Source: Candidatus Moraniibacteriota bacterium
GTDB taxonomy: Bacteria > Patescibacteriota > Minisyncoccia > Moranbacterales > GWC2-37-73
DNA: 64,000 bases
Direction: 5' to 3'
NCBI GenBank assembly: GCA_013336225.1
Contig: JAAXUC010000004.1
Span: 32,421-96,420 of the forward strand
The notes beneath the pieces were generated by a model that had not been told where the DNA came from, did no database searches, and was given only the letters and a program-made list of their open reading frames with translations. The position numbers and the translations under genes are program-made. This document shows, in pieces, positions 34,278-44,738 of the stretch. Position 1 is the first letter of the stretch, and every line of letters starts with the position of its first letter.

Positions 34278-35078
34278 ATGGCTAAAATAATGCTAGTTGA
34301 AGACGATCCGATGATCGCCGAAATATATCAAAAAAAATTCGAATTGGCAGGATTTGAGGTTGTTAATGCTGTGACTGGAAAAGAGGTTTTGAAATATGCG
34401 CTTGAGCAGAAATTCGACCTCATTTTGTTGGATTTGGTTTTGCCTGAGATGAGCGGGATGGATGTGCTTAAAGAGCTGCGCAGCAATGTTGCATATGACA
34501 GTGAATTAAAGGTGATAGTGCTTAGCAATTTGGATAAAACTGAAAATGAAAAAAAGGCCAAGGATTTGGGGGCAAATGATTTTATTGGAAAAACTCAATA
34601 CAGTCCGTCCGAACTTGCAATTGAGGTGCAACGACGCTTGAATGAATATGACGAACAAAAGAAAAATAAGGAACGCTTGAGTAATGGAGGAGGTGCTGGC
34701 ATCGTGTGCGCTGGCAAGAAAATTCTTTTCATTGAAGATGAGGAAATTTTCCTGGAAATGTTTGGTGGGAAATTGGAAAACGAGGGATATTGCGTGGAAT
34801 ATGCCAAAAATGGTGTTTGGGGTAGCAAGCTTGCAACTGAAAAAGATTTTGATTTGATAATCACTGATATGGTCATGCCGGCTATGGGCGGCGAAGAAAT
34901 TGTCAGACGGCTCAAGCTGGATGATAGAACAAAAAACTTGCCGATTATTGTGCTTTCCGCCTCGCTGATCGAAGAAGATATTCAGCCGGTGCGAGAATTG
35001 GGAGTGACTGATTTTTTTGAAAAAACACATTTAGTCCCAAGTGATCTTGCCCGGCGAGTCGGAGAAATATTGAATTAA
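34278..35078 (+). CDS. response regulator with two tandem receiver (REC) domains and no output domain
   Basis: REC1: MLVEDDPMIAEIY...DLILLDLVLPEMSGMDVLKELR; REC2: KILFIEDEEIFLEMF...DLIITDMVMPAMGGEEIVRRLK; conserved Asp/Lys positions present. Confidence 0.75.
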   Translation: MAKIMLVEDDPMIAEIYQKKFELAGFEVVNAVTGKEVLKYALEQKFDLILLDLVLPEMSGMDVLKELRSNVAYDSELKVIVLSNLDKTENEKKAKDLGANDFIGKTQYSPSELAIEVQRRLNEYDEQKKNKERLSNGGGAGIVCAGKKILFIEDEEIFLEMFGGKLENEGYCVEYAKNGVWGSKLATEKDFDLIITDMVMPAMGGEEIVRRLKLDDRTKNLPIIVLSASLIEEDIQPVRELGVTDFFEKTHLVPSDLARRVGEILN

Positions 35079-35095
35079 CATTAATTTTAAAATAT

Positions 35096-36511
35096 ATGCA
35101 GCGAACAAATATTGTCGACACACCTAAGTTTATTGGACAAACTGTCAAATTAGCAGGCTGGGTTCACATTCGTCGTGATCACGGAAAGTTGATCTTTGTG
35201 GATTTGCGCGATCGCAGTGGAATCATCCAAACCGTGATCATTCCTGATCACGTGGAAGCGCATGACAATGCTAAAAGACTGCGCAGTGAGTTTGTGATTG
35301 AAATGGAAGGATTGGTCAAAGAACGTCCCATGAGTGCTAAGAATGAAAAATCAGTCACTGGGGGAGTTGAGCTGGAAGTGACTTCAATCAACATTTTGAA
35401 TGAAGCAAAAAACACCCCATTTGAAATTTCCAAAGACACTAAGGAGGTTGATGAGAAATTGCGTTTGAAATATCGCTATCTCGATTTGCGCAGCGAACGA
35501 ATGCGAGATAATATTTTGACTCGCTATAATGTGATTAAATTCTTCCGAGATTTCTTGGGGGAGCAAGGTTTTATTGAAGTTGAAACTCCAATTTTGGGCA
35601 AAACCACTGCTGAAGGTTCAAGGGATTATGTGGTGCCATCACGAATTTATAAGGGAAAGTTTTATGCGCTTCCACAATCACCGCAACAATACAAACAATT
35701 GTTGATGGTGGCTGGAATTGAAAAATATTTTCAAATTGCCAGATGTTTTCGCGACGAAGACACTCGCGGTGATCGTCAACCAGAATTCACTCAATTGGAC
35801 ATGGAAATGAGTTTTGTGGAGCAAGAAGATGTGATGAATGTGGTGGAAGAAATGCTCATTAAGCTTGTGCAAACTCAATTTCCTGAAAAGAGAATTCAGT
35901 CCATTCCATTTCCACGCCTCACCTACAAGGAATCCATGGAAAAATATGGCAATGATAAACCAGATATTCGCGAAGACAAGAATGATCCAAATCTGCTCGC
36001 TTTTTGTTGGGTGGTGGACTTTCCGTTCTTTGAAAAAGATGAAGAATCTTCAACTGGTTGGACATTCACTCACAATCCTTTTTCTCGTCCAAAACCAGAA
36101 TTCATGGAGCAATTGATGAACAAAGAAAACATCGCTGAGATTTTGACCACACAATATGACATCGTGCTGAATGGTTATGAAGCTGGCGGGGGAAGCATTC
36201 GAAATCATGAGCCGAAAGCGCTGCGCAAGGTTTTGGAAATCATGGGAATTTCAGAAGAAAATGTGCAACGAGATTATGGACATATGTTGGAAGCTTTCAA
36301 ATATGGCGCTCCACCGCACGGAGGAATTGCGCCAGGAGTTGATCGCTTGGTGATGATTCTGCGCAATGAGCCAAACATTCGCGAAGTGATTGCTTTTGCA
36401 AAAACAGGGGAAGCTGAAGATCCGATGATGGAAGCTCCAAGTGTGCTGGATGAAAAACAACTCATTGAGGCTGGCATTAAAATTGTCACCAAAAAGAAAA
36501 AAGTTGTCTAA
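35096..36511 (+). CDS. aspS: aspartyl-tRNA synthetase, short form without the GAD insertion
   Basis: N-terminal OB fold; class II motif 2 FRDEDTRGDRQPEFTQLDMEMSF; motif 3 GGGSIRNH; C-terminus GAPPHGGIAPGVDRLVMIL. Confidence 0.85.
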   Translation: MQRTNIVDTPKFIGQTVKLAGWVHIRRDHGKLIFVDLRDRSGIIQTVIIPDHVEAHDNAKRLRSEFVIEMEGLVKERPMSAKNEKSVTGGVELEVTSINILNEAKNTPFEISKDTKEVDEKLRLKYRYLDLRSERMRDNILTRYNVIKFFRDFLGEQGFIEVETPILGKTTAEGSRDYVVPSRIYKGKFYALPQSPQQYKQLLMVAGIEKYFQIARCFRDEDTRGDRQPEFTQLDMEMSFVEQEDVMNVVEEMLIKLVQTQFPEKRIQSIPFPRLTYKESMEKYGNDKPDIREDKNDPNLLAFCWVVDFPFFEKDEESSTGWTFTHNPFSRPKPEFMEQLMNKENIAEILTTQYDIVLNGYEAGGGSIRNHEPKALRKVLEIMGISEENVQRDYGHMLEAFKYGAPPHGGIAPGVDRLVMILRNEPNIREVIAFAKTGEAEDPMMEAPSVLDEKQLIEAGIKIVTKKKKVV

Positions 36512-36592
36512 CTCTTTGTTTCTCTAACAAAAAACAAATATAAACCCCCGTTAAATGTTCGCAAAAAAGCGAATTTAACGGGGCAAGAATCA

Positions 36593-37810
36593 ATGGCAAA
36601 TAAAAAACATAAAGAAAAGCTCAATGATGGAAAATTGAGATTGATAACCTTCATCTCTTTCCTACTTGGTTTTTCACAATCCTTATTGGTCTATGTTGAG
36701 TCGTCATATTTCAAATTGTCATTGGGTAGTGAAAATGTGAGTGTTTTTTATTTCCTAGCTTATAGTGTGGCACTGATAGGTCTTTTAAATATGCATAAGA
36801 TCATCAAATGGTTGGGGAAATCGACGACCTTCTTCCTGTTTTTTTTCCTGCAAATCTGCGCCATGGCGGTGCTGATTATGGTGCCACCATCAATTTTGGG
36901 AATATTTTTACTGATGATAAATATTGTCACAGCCTATTTGATGTATGTGATTTTGGATATCATCATGGAGTCATATTCTGAAGATAAGAAATCTGGCAGA
37001 ATCAGGGGATTGCACTTGATGATCATCAGTGCTGGTTTCATGTTGGGTCCGATTCTTTCCACGCGTATTTTGGAAAAATATGATTATTCTGGATTGTTCT
37101 TTTTATCAATGATCATCAGCATGTTGATTTTCATCATTGGTTTGGTTGGCTTGCGCGGTGGCAACAATAAATTCAATGGAAACATCACTATCAGGGATTT
37201 GGTGAAGAAGATTTTTGTGAATAAAAATCTGATGCGCATCTATTGGGTGTCTTTTGTGTTGGAATTTTTCTATGCCTTAATGACTGTCTATACACCACTT
37301 TACTTGCTTGATCTAGGAATGGATTGGGGAAAAATCGGAGTTATTTTCACTATCATGCTCATTCCGTTCATCGTGGTTAACTATCCAGTGGGATTAATTG
37401 CTGACAAAAAACTGGGTGAAAAGGAGATGATAATCTTCGCGTTATTTGTGATGGCTCTTTCAACTCTCAGTATTTTCTTTGTCACCACAACCTCGATTAT
37501 GGTTTGGGGATTCGTACTGTTCATGACCAGGGTTGGTGCGGCCATGATTGAAACTTTGCGCGATTCATATTTTTACAAAAGAATTGATGGCGACGATATG
37601 GATATCATCAGTTTTTTCAGAACCTCTCGAAGCGTGGCATATATCGCAGCCACAGCTGTTTCAGCCATGATTCTGGCAGTTTTTTCAATTAAAATTCTGT
37701 TTCTATTCCTCACTGTCGTGATTTTGCTGGCATTATATCCTGCTTTCATGTTGGTTGACAATAAAAGCGAGGCCGAGCTTAATTTAAAGAAGAAATATTT
37801 GCGGGCATAA
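36593..37810 (+). CDS. MFS-type polytopic membrane transporter
   Basis: ~12 predicted TM helices in two 6-helix halves with a central basic loop. Confidence 0.5.
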   Translation: MANKKHKEKLNDGKLRLITFISFLLGFSQSLLVYVESSYFKLSLGSENVSVFYFLAYSVALIGLLNMHKIIKWLGKSTTFFLFFFLQICAMAVLIMVPPSILGIFLLMINIVTAYLMYVILDIIMESYSEDKKSGRIRGLHLMIISAGFMLGPILSTRILEKYDYSGLFFLSMIISMLIFIIGLVGLRGGNNKFNGNITIRDLVKKIFVNKNLMRIYWVSFVLEFFYALMTVYTPLYLLDLGMDWGKIGVIFTIMLIPFIVVNYPVGLIADKKLGEKEMIIFALFVMALSTLSIFFVTTTSIMVWGFVLFMTRVGAAMIETLRDSYFYKRIDGDDMDIISFFRTSRSVAYIAATAVSAMILAVFSIKILFLFLTVVILLALYPAFMLVDNKSEAELNLKKKYLRA

Positions 37811-37847
37811 GCTTGGATTTTTTCGGTTATTGATTATTGAAATTATT

Positions 37848-38564
37848 ATGGCCTATCACATTAAAATTGAACAATTTGAAGGGCCACTTGATTTGCTTTT
37901 GCAACTCACTGAGCAGGAAAAGTTGGACATCACTCGCGTGAGTTTGGCTAAAATCGCTGATCAGTATTTGGCATATATTTCCGAAACCAAGAATATTACC
38001 TTGGCGCATCTGGCTGATTTTTTAACTGTAGCTTCGCGTCTTATTTTGATCAAGTCCAAGGCATTGCTTCCAATGCTGGAATTCACCGAGGAAGAGGAAG
38101 AAGAAATCAAGGATTTGGAATATCAATTGGCTGAATACAAGAAATTCAAAGATGCTTCAGCAAAGTTGGCGCTTGTTTTTGATGCGCCGCAAATGAATTT
38201 TTCGCGCGAAGGATTTCTGGGTTTTGGCACAGTTTTCTATCCACCTGAAAAAATTGTAGCTGAGGATTTGCAAAAAGCTTTTGCGAAAGTTTTGGGTGAA
38301 ATTCCGGTGGTGGAAAAATTGGAAGAAGAAATGGTCAAGGAAATCCTGACTTTGGAGGACAAAATTTTGCATTTACAGGAGACATTGAGAGAAAAAGTGC
38401 AGACATCGTTTGCGGAATTGGTGGCCAATGCGAAAGATAAGGTTGAAGTGGTGGTTTCATTTTTGGCTATGCTGGAACTGGTCAAACAACGAATCATTCA
38501 TGTGGAGCAAGGTGAATTATTTTCGGAAATACGTTTGAAACATAAAGAAGTTAAAAATTTGTAA
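37848..38564 (+). CDS. scpA: segregation and condensation protein A
   Basis: MAYHIKIEQFEGPLDLLLQLTEQEKLDITRVSLAKIADQYL matches the ScpA N-terminus; followed by scpB. Confidence 0.8.
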   Translation: MAYHIKIEQFEGPLDLLLQLTEQEKLDITRVSLAKIADQYLAYISETKNITLAHLADFLTVASRLILIKSKALLPMLEFTEEEEEEIKDLEYQLAEYKKFKDASAKLALVFDAPQMNFSREGFLGFGTVFYPPEKIVAEDLQKAFAKVLGEIPVVEKLEEEMVKEILTLEDKILHLQETLREKVQTSFAELVANAKDKVEVVVSFLAMLELVKQRIIHVEQGELFSEIRLKHKEVKNL

Positions 38565-38585
38565 AGTTTTAAAGTTTATAAAGTT

Positions 38586-39134
38586 ATGGAAAAAGATAAA
38601 TTGATTTCAGCCATTGAGAGCGTGTTGTTTGTGAGTGGTGAGCCGATCAAAAAAGTCAAAATTGCAAATGTCACAGATGAGACATTGGAAGATGTTGAAT
38701 TGGCATTGGCGGAACTTTCAAAAAAATATGCTGATTGTCAAAGTGGATTGGCACTGCTTTCAAAGGGTGAGGAAGTGCAATTGGTGAGCAGAGCTGAAAA
38801 TGCTGAGTTTGTTGAAGGCTTGGTCAAAGGCGAGCTGCAAGATTCGCTTTCAAACGCGGCGATGGAAGTGGTTTCTATCATTGCTTATCGCGGTCCAATT
38901 TCAAAGACAGAAATTGAGGCAATCAGAGGCGTCAATTGTGCATATACGCTGAGGAATCTTTCATTGCGCGGACTCATTGAGCGCAATGATAATCCGAAAG
39001 ATTCACGAGGATATGTTTATGCGATTTCATTTGATTTCCTCAAAAAACTCGGAATAGATAATGTGAAAAATCTGCCAGAATATGGTATACTTTCAGTGGA
39101 TGAGAGAATTAATTCCATAATCGAAAAAGAGTAA
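38586..39134 (+). CDS. scpB: segregation and condensation protein B
   Basis: Winged-helix N-terminus LISAIESVLFVSGEPIKKVKIA and second wHTH (ISKTEIEAIRGV). Confidence 0.8.
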   Translation: MEKDKLISAIESVLFVSGEPIKKVKIANVTDETLEDVELALAELSKKYADCQSGLALLSKGEEVQLVSRAENAEFVEGLVKGELQDSLSNAAMEVVSIIAYRGPISKTEIEAIRGVNCAYTLRNLSLRGLIERNDNPKDSRGYVYAISFDFLKKLGIDNVKNLPEYGILSVDERINSIIEKE

Positions 39135-40174
39135 TGAGTATAGGGGCAACCATTTTAATGATTGTGTTTTTTCCACTCAATTCTTTCTTGTTTTTGCATG
39201 AAAGCTGGATTGGTGGAAATCAAGTTCAGGCTGATTCTTCTGTTGGCAGTGAGAGCATTGTTGGATTGGTTAAAGGTGTGGAAATTCAAAAACAAATTGA
39301 GCTTCCCAAGCCAAAAGCTCAGGCTTCAGATGATCCTCAGTTTTTGCCGGCCAGAAAAAATGGAATCGATGATCTTGTCGTTTCAAATGCGCATGCCTCA
39401 GTGGTGATTGATGCTGACAGTGGAACAATCTTGCATTATGCTGACGGCCGCACTCATCGGCAGATAGCTTCTCTCACGAAGCTCATGACTGCAGTTTTGA
39501 CAATGGAAAAGGTGAAAGATCTCGATGAGGTTGTGACTATTGATGAAGAAGCTGTCTATGCGGAAGGCACGAAAATAGGTTGTCCACGCTCCGGTTATTG
39601 CATAAGTCCACGACTTAAGGTTGGAGAAAAAATTACTGTGAGAAGTTTGCTTCAAGCCATGCTTATGAATAGTGCCAATGATGCAGCAATTGCATTGGCA
39701 AATCATATGGCAGGTTCGCAAGATGCCTTTGCGAAAATGATGAACAAAAAAGCTGATGACCTGGGATTGGTTGATACGAATTTTTGCACATCATCAGGCC
39801 TTGATCTGGATGATGAGAATGCTGCGGCAGGATGTTATTCTTCAGCCTATGATATTGCTCGCATTGCAGCCTATTCACTGCGCTATGACACTATCTGGAA
39901 AATTGCGCGCTTGCCGAGCAACACGATCGTAACTTCCGTCGATGGAAAAATTGAACATACGATTTTGAACACTGATCAATTGCTTGATCAAATGCCAAAC
40001 ATTATTGGCGCAAAAACCGGCTTCACCCCATTGGCTGGATATTCATTGTTGATGGTGGTGGCTGATCCCAGCACGAAACACAGAATTGTCGGTGTGGTTC
40101 TGGATGATCCTCAGCGATGGCAGGACATCAAAACCATGGTCAGTTGGACTTTCAATTCATATACTTGGAACTAG
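39134..40174 (+). CDS. D-alanyl-D-alanine carboxypeptidase (S11 peptidase / low-MW PBP)
   Basis: SxxK (ASLTKLMT), SxN (MNSANDAA), KTG (GAKTGFT); N-terminal signal/TM. Confidence 0.8.
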   Translation: MSIGATILMIVFFPLNSFLFLHESWIGGNQVQADSSVGSESIVGLVKGVEIQKQIELPKPKAQASDDPQFLPARKNGIDDLVVSNAHASVVIDADSGTILHYADGRTHRQIASLTKLMTAVLTMEKVKDLDEVVTIDEEAVYAEGTKIGCPRSGYCISPRLKVGEKITVRSLLQAMLMNSANDAAIALANHMAGSQDAFAKMMNKKADDLGLVDTNFCTSSGLDLDDENAAAGCYSSAYDIARIAAYSLRYDTIWKIARLPSNTIVTSVDGKIEHTILNTDQLLDQMPNIIGAKTGFTPLAGYSLLMVVADPSTKHRIVGVVLDDPQRWQDIKTMVSWTFNSYTWN

Positions 40175-40275
40175 CGCGCAAGTGTGAGTTGGGAAGTTTC
40201 TAAAGCAGCTGGAAAAGAATGTTTTGTGTGATACTGGAAGGCTGATAGTTTTATAAATTTATTAAACTTATTTTT

Positions 40276-41382
40276 ATGCAATTTGCTCAAATTCAAACAA
40301 TTCCGGAAGTTGTCAATGTGCTTAAAATTCTTGTCACAGGACTGGCTGCTTTTATTTTGGCTTTCGCAATCACGCCTCTTTGGACGCATCTGCTATATAA
40401 ATATAAGATTGGAATTAAAATTAAAAGCACTGATGTAAATGGTGAGCAATTAAATTTTGTCAACAAATTGCATGCTGTTAAAGCTGGAACACCAACTATG
40501 GGAGGTGTCATTATTTGGCTCCCAATTATTATTTTAGCCTTTGCTTCACATTTCTTGTTTCCACTGCTGGCAAATCTTTTTGGGATAGATTTTATTGCGC
40601 GACTTGATTTTCTGAGTCGCAAACAAGTGTGGTTGCCACTCTTTGCGCTTGCTGCGGCTGGAATTCTGGGTCTTTTTGATGATGTGATGAGTGTGCGCGG
40701 TTGGGGAAAAAATAAGGGTGGAGGAATGCGCTTTGCGATGCGTTTTGGCTGGCTCATTGCTATTGCCTCAGCAGGGGGATGGTGGTTTTTTTATAAGCTT
40801 GGATGGGATGTTTTACATATTCCTGCCATTGGTGACTTCTCAATTGGTTTTTGGTATATTCCGCTTTTCATTTTTGTAATTTTATTTGCAGCTGTTTCTT
40901 CAAACGAAACTGATGGTCTGGATGGCTTAAATGGAGGGGTGCTTCTATTTGCTTTCTTTTCTTTTGCAATCATTGCTTTTTTTGAAAATAAAATTGACTT
41001 GGCATCCTTTTGTAGTGCGGCTGCTGGTGCAATGCTGGCATTTCTTTGGTTCAATGTCTATCCGGCCAGATTTTTCATGGGGGACACGGGTGCCGTTTCA
41101 CTTGGCGCAACTCTAGGTGTTGTGGCAATGCTCACCAATTCAGCTGCCGTACTTTTTATCATTGTATTTTTCTATGTATTGGAATCTGGGAGTGTAGCGA
41201 TTCAATTGACCAGTAAGAAATTTTTTCACCGCAAGATTTTTTTGGCAGCGCCATTGCATCATCATTTTGAAGCTAAAGGTTGGCCGGAAACTAAGGTTAC
41301 AATGCGAGCTTGGATTTTTACGATGATTACTGCGCTTATAGGCGTGGTGGTTGCAATTTTTGGAATGGGGAGACATCAGTAA
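40276..41382 (+). CDS. mraY: phospho-N-acetylmuramoyl-pentapeptide transferase
   Basis: KAGTPTMGG, NETDGLDGL, FMGDTGAVSLG, APLHHHFE motifs; 10 TM helices. Confidence 0.9.
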   Translation: MQFAQIQTIPEVVNVLKILVTGLAAFILAFAITPLWTHLLYKYKIGIKIKSTDVNGEQLNFVNKLHAVKAGTPTMGGVIIWLPIIILAFASHFLFPLLANLFGIDFIARLDFLSRKQVWLPLFALAAAGILGLFDDVMSVRGWGKNKGGGMRFAMRFGWLIAIASAGGWWFFYKLGWDVLHIPAIGDFSIGFWYIPLFIFVILFAAVSSNETDGLDGLNGGVLLFAFFSFAIIAFFENKIDLASFCSAAAGAMLAFLWFNVYPARFFMGDTGAVSLGATLGVVAMLTNSAAVLFIIVFFYVLESGSVAIQLTSKKFFHRKIFLAAPLHHHFEAKGWPETKVTMRAWIFTMITALIGVVVAIFGMGRHQ

Positions 41383-41399
41383 TGCCGCACTGTGTGCGA

Positions 41400-41550
41400 A
41401 TTTACAATTTTTAATTTATAATTTTTAATCAATTTACAATTTTTAAATGCTCGAATTTTGAATATAATTTTTTTTATTGATGTCCAGTTTAAAACTGATG
41501 ATATTATGGGGAATATTTCAAATTTCAAATTTAAAATTTAAAATTATTTA
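41400..41550. repeat. AT-rich intergenic repeat block (aatttacaatttttaat x2, cgaattttgaat, aatttcaaatttcaaatttaaaatttaaaatt)
   Basis: Shares modules with the other AT-rich intergenic elements (1597-1705, 60205-60330). Confidence 0.45.
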
Positions 41551-41554
41551 GACT

Positions 41555-42613
41555 ATGGATGATATTCAAAAAGTTCAAGAAGGTGTTTTCTTGAATAAAA
41601 AAGTTCTGGTGCGAGCTGATTTCAATGTGGCGATTGTGAATGGAAAAGTGAAGGAGAAATTCAAGTTGGAGGCTTGCAAGAAGACAGTTGATTTTTTGTC
41701 AGCTCAAGATGGAGCAAAGATTGCGCTCATTTCACATCTTGGACGTCCTGAAGGGAAGGTGCTGAAAGAATTTTCTCTTGAACAACTCAAAGGTGAACTG
41801 GAAACTATTCTGGGCAGAAAAATTGTTTTTGTTGCTGATTGTATTGGAGGGGAAGTGAAAAAAGCTCTGGCAGCATTGAATTCAGGAGAGATTCTGCTGT
41901 TGGAAAACGTGCGTTTTCATGAAGGGGATGAAAAAAATGACAGTGAATTTTCTGCCAAACTAGCTGAAAACTTTGATGTATTTGTGAATGACGCTTTCAG
42001 TGTTTGTCATCGAAATCAAGCTTCTGTTACTGGCGTTGCAAAGTGCATCAATGGTTTTGCTGGTCTCTGGCTGCAGGAAGAACTGAAAAATCTCAACTGC
42101 GTTATCCATGAGCCGGAATATCCTGCCACTGCGATCATTGGAGGCGCAAAAATTGAAACAAAATTGCCATTGATACAAAGATTTGAAAAAATGTATACAA
42201 ATATTTTGGTTGGGGGTAGAGTTGCAAATGAGGCGATTGATCAAAAAACGGTGCTCTCTCCGAAAGTTATATTGCCATTTGATTTTGCTGATGATCGTTT
42301 GGATATTGGAGAAAAGACCATTCTGAGATTTAAGGAAATTATTGCTAATTCAAAAGTCATCATTTGGAATGGGCCGATGGGAAAATTTGAGCAACCCCCA
42401 TATGATCGTGGAACGCGTGAAATCTTGGATGCCATAATTGAAAGCGATGCCTTCACTCTTATTGGTGGTGGAGAGTCGGTGCAGGTGCTGGAAGAGCGAG
42501 GATTGATGGATAAAATATCCTTTGTTTCAACAGGTGGCGGTGCGATGTTGGAATATTTGAGTGGGAATGTGATGCCAGGAATTGAAGCTTTACGTGTTAA
42601 AGAAAAAAAGTGA
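41555..42613 (+). CDS. pgk: phosphoglycerate kinase (short form)
   Basis: VRADFNV and ISHLGRPEG N-domain motifs; C-terminal GGGA (IGGGESV) nucleotide-binding region. Confidence 0.85.
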   Translation: MDDIQKVQEGVFLNKKVLVRADFNVAIVNGKVKEKFKLEACKKTVDFLSAQDGAKIALISHLGRPEGKVLKEFSLEQLKGELETILGRKIVFVADCIGGEVKKALAALNSGEILLLENVRFHEGDEKNDSEFSAKLAENFDVFVNDAFSVCHRNQASVTGVAKCINGFAGLWLQEELKNLNCVIHEPEYPATAIIGGAKIETKLPLIQRFEKMYTNILVGGRVANEAIDQKTVLSPKVILPFDFADDRLDIGEKTILRFKEIIANSKVIIWNGPMGKFEQPPYDRGTREILDAIIESDAFTLIGGGESVQVLEERGLMDKISFVSTGGGAMLEYLSGNVMPGIEALRVKEKK

Positions 42614-42702
42614 TAAATTGATGCAATCCAGATAATTTCAATTTAGCTTCTGCTTCCAAATGTGGTATACTAAAATTGAACTTAACATTAAAATTGTGAA
42701 AT

Positions 42703-43323
42703 TTGAATTTAAATATGAATAGTCCTCAATTTAAAGGTGGAGGTGTTGCTATTTTCAACAAAAAAATAAACTTCAATGAATTTAGGGCTGTCGATGCACG
42801 TTCATTGCTTGGGCTGTATGTTTCGCAGACCTTGCTGTTCTTGGGAATTTTGTTGATATTGTTCAACAATGCGGACATTGTTGAACCAGGAAATTATCTG
42901 GGTTCATATGGTTGGCTCACTGTCACTGTTTTTTCAATCGGACTTCTGATTAATTTTGTTTCTATTCCGTTTTTATATTTTTCAAGCCTCAGTCATTTTA
43001 AAAGAGAAAATGAATTTTGGGATAAGGAGACTTTCTGGATTTTGCCGTTGTTCTTTTTTGGAACATTCTTTTTGTATAGCAGTCAGATTTACATGGCATT
43101 GATTTTGCTGGCGCTTTCAGTTTTAGTAATCATGATAATTCATGTGATATTCGTCATTGAGGCTCGTCAAATTGTCAGGAGAAATTCCGATCGCACACTT
43201 TCCAATTGTGGACAATATCTCATGACTTTGAAATATTTGAGCGCCTATTACTTTCTGTTGTTGGGACTGTTGATTTCGGTTAATCCGTTGGGATATTTTT
43301 TCAATTGGATTCATCTATATTAA
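42703..43323 (+). CDS. hypothetical polytopic membrane protein
   Basis: Five hydrophobic helices; no motif recognised. Confidence 0.3.
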   Translation: MNLNMNSPQFKGGGVAIFNKKINFNEFRAVDARSLLGLYVSQTLLFLGILLILFNNADIVEPGNYLGSYGWLTVTVFSIGLLINFVSIPFLYFSSLSHFKRENEFWDKETFWILPLFFFGTFFLYSSQIYMALILLALSVLVIMIIHVIFVIEARQIVRRNSDRTLSNCGQYLMTLKYLSAYYFLLLGLLISVNPLGYFFNWIHLY

Positions 43324-43355
43324 TAAAAAAAATTAAAAATTAAAAAGAAAAAAAT

Positions 43356-44651
43356 ATGTTGAAAATTGCAAATATTGTTGCCAGGGAAATTTTGGATTCA
43401 CGTGGAAATCCCACCGTGGAAGTCGAAGTTTTCTTGAGTGGTGGAGAAAGTGCTGTGGCTGCTGTTCCATCTGGCGCCTCAACAGGTAAGTTCGAAGCAC
43501 TTGAACTCAGGGATGGCGACGCCACGCGCTATGGCGGACTTGGCGTGCTTCAGGCTGTGAAAAATGTGAACACAAAAATCAAGGATGCGCTTATTGGAAA
43601 AGATGCAAGCTCGCAAGCGGAAATTGATGAGATCATGTTGGAGCTTGATGGGACTGAGAATAAGTCAAATTTAGGAGCAAATGCAATCTTGGGTGTTTCA
43701 TTGGCAGTTTGTCGGGTTGTTGCTAAAGCAAAAAAAATTCCACTCTATCAATATATCAATGAAATCTCTGGATTGAAGGTGAAGCCTGCCATGCCAGTGC
43801 CAATGTTTAATGTGCTCAATGGGGGAATGCATAGCGACAGTGGACTTAGTATTCAAGAATTCAAGATGATTCCAACCGGAGTCAAAACATTTACTGAGCA
43901 GCTCAGAGCTGGCAGTGAGGTTTTCCATAAACTTAAAAAAATTCTGGAAGCTGGTCATCATAGCAGTGGTGTTGGAGATGAAGGAGGGTTTTCTCCGAAG
44001 CTTGAAAGTAATACGCGAGCTTTGGAATTAATCAATCAAGCTGTCACTGAAAGTGGCTATGAGCTTGGCACCCAAATCAATCTTGGAATTGATGCCGCAG
44101 CAAGCAATTTTTTCGTGGAAGAAGAAAATCATTATTTGGTCAAGCCTGAAGGAGTGCATTTGGAAAAAGAGCGCTTGATCAGCATGTATAAAGAATGGAT
44201 TGATAAATATCACGTGGTTTCAATTGAGGATGGATTGGCAGAAGATGATTGGGAGGGTTGGAGGATGCTGACTGAAAAAGTTGCTGGTAAAAAAATCCTC
44301 CCTGGAATTCCGAAAGATGTGTTGACTGAAAATTTATTGGTGGGAGATGATCTGTTGGTGACAAATGTGAAAAGAGTGGAGCGCGCCATCAAGGAAAAAG
44401 CTTGCAACACGGTGCTGATCAAAGTTAATCAAATCGGTAGTCTTTCTGAAACTCTTGATTGCATACGCTTGGCCAAGAAAAACAAGTTGAAGATCATGAT
44501 CTCTCATCGCTCCGGGGAAACCACTGATGATTTTATTGCTGATCTTGCTGCTGGAACTGCAGCTGAATTCATCAAATCAGGATCATTGTCACGCGGAGAA
44601 AGACTTTGCAAATATAATCGTTTGATGAAGATTGAGCAGGAAATAAAATAA
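43356..44651 (+). CDS. eno: enolase
   Basis: ILDSRGNPTVEVEV N-terminus; active-site SHRSGETTD. Confidence 0.95.
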   Translation: MLKIANIVAREILDSRGNPTVEVEVFLSGGESAVAAVPSGASTGKFEALELRDGDATRYGGLGVLQAVKNVNTKIKDALIGKDASSQAEIDEIMLELDGTENKSNLGANAILGVSLAVCRVVAKAKKIPLYQYINEISGLKVKPAMPVPMFNVLNGGMHSDSGLSIQEFKMIPTGVKTFTEQLRAGSEVFHKLKKILEAGHHSSGVGDEGGFSPKLESNTRALELINQAVTESGYELGTQINLGIDAAASNFFVEEENHYLVKPEGVHLEKERLISMYKEWIDKYHVVSIEDGLAEDDWEGWRMLTEKVAGKKILPGIPKDVLTENLLVGDDLLVTNVKRVERAIKEKACNTVLIKVNQIGSLSETLDCIRLAKKNKLKIMISHRSGETTDDFIADLAAGTAAEFIKSGSLSRGERLCKYNRLMKIEQEIK

Positions 44652-44738
44652 AAAAAATCTACATTTGACAATTAACAATTGACCAGGGAAAAAATAGTCA
44701 AATATCAAAGGTTAAAGGTCACATGTTATCTCGAATAA

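Noticed and set aside
34328-35148. Several minus-strand ORFs (77-174 aa) opposite the tandem-REC response regulator
   Set aside because: Shadow ORFs; S/F-rich low-complexity translations.
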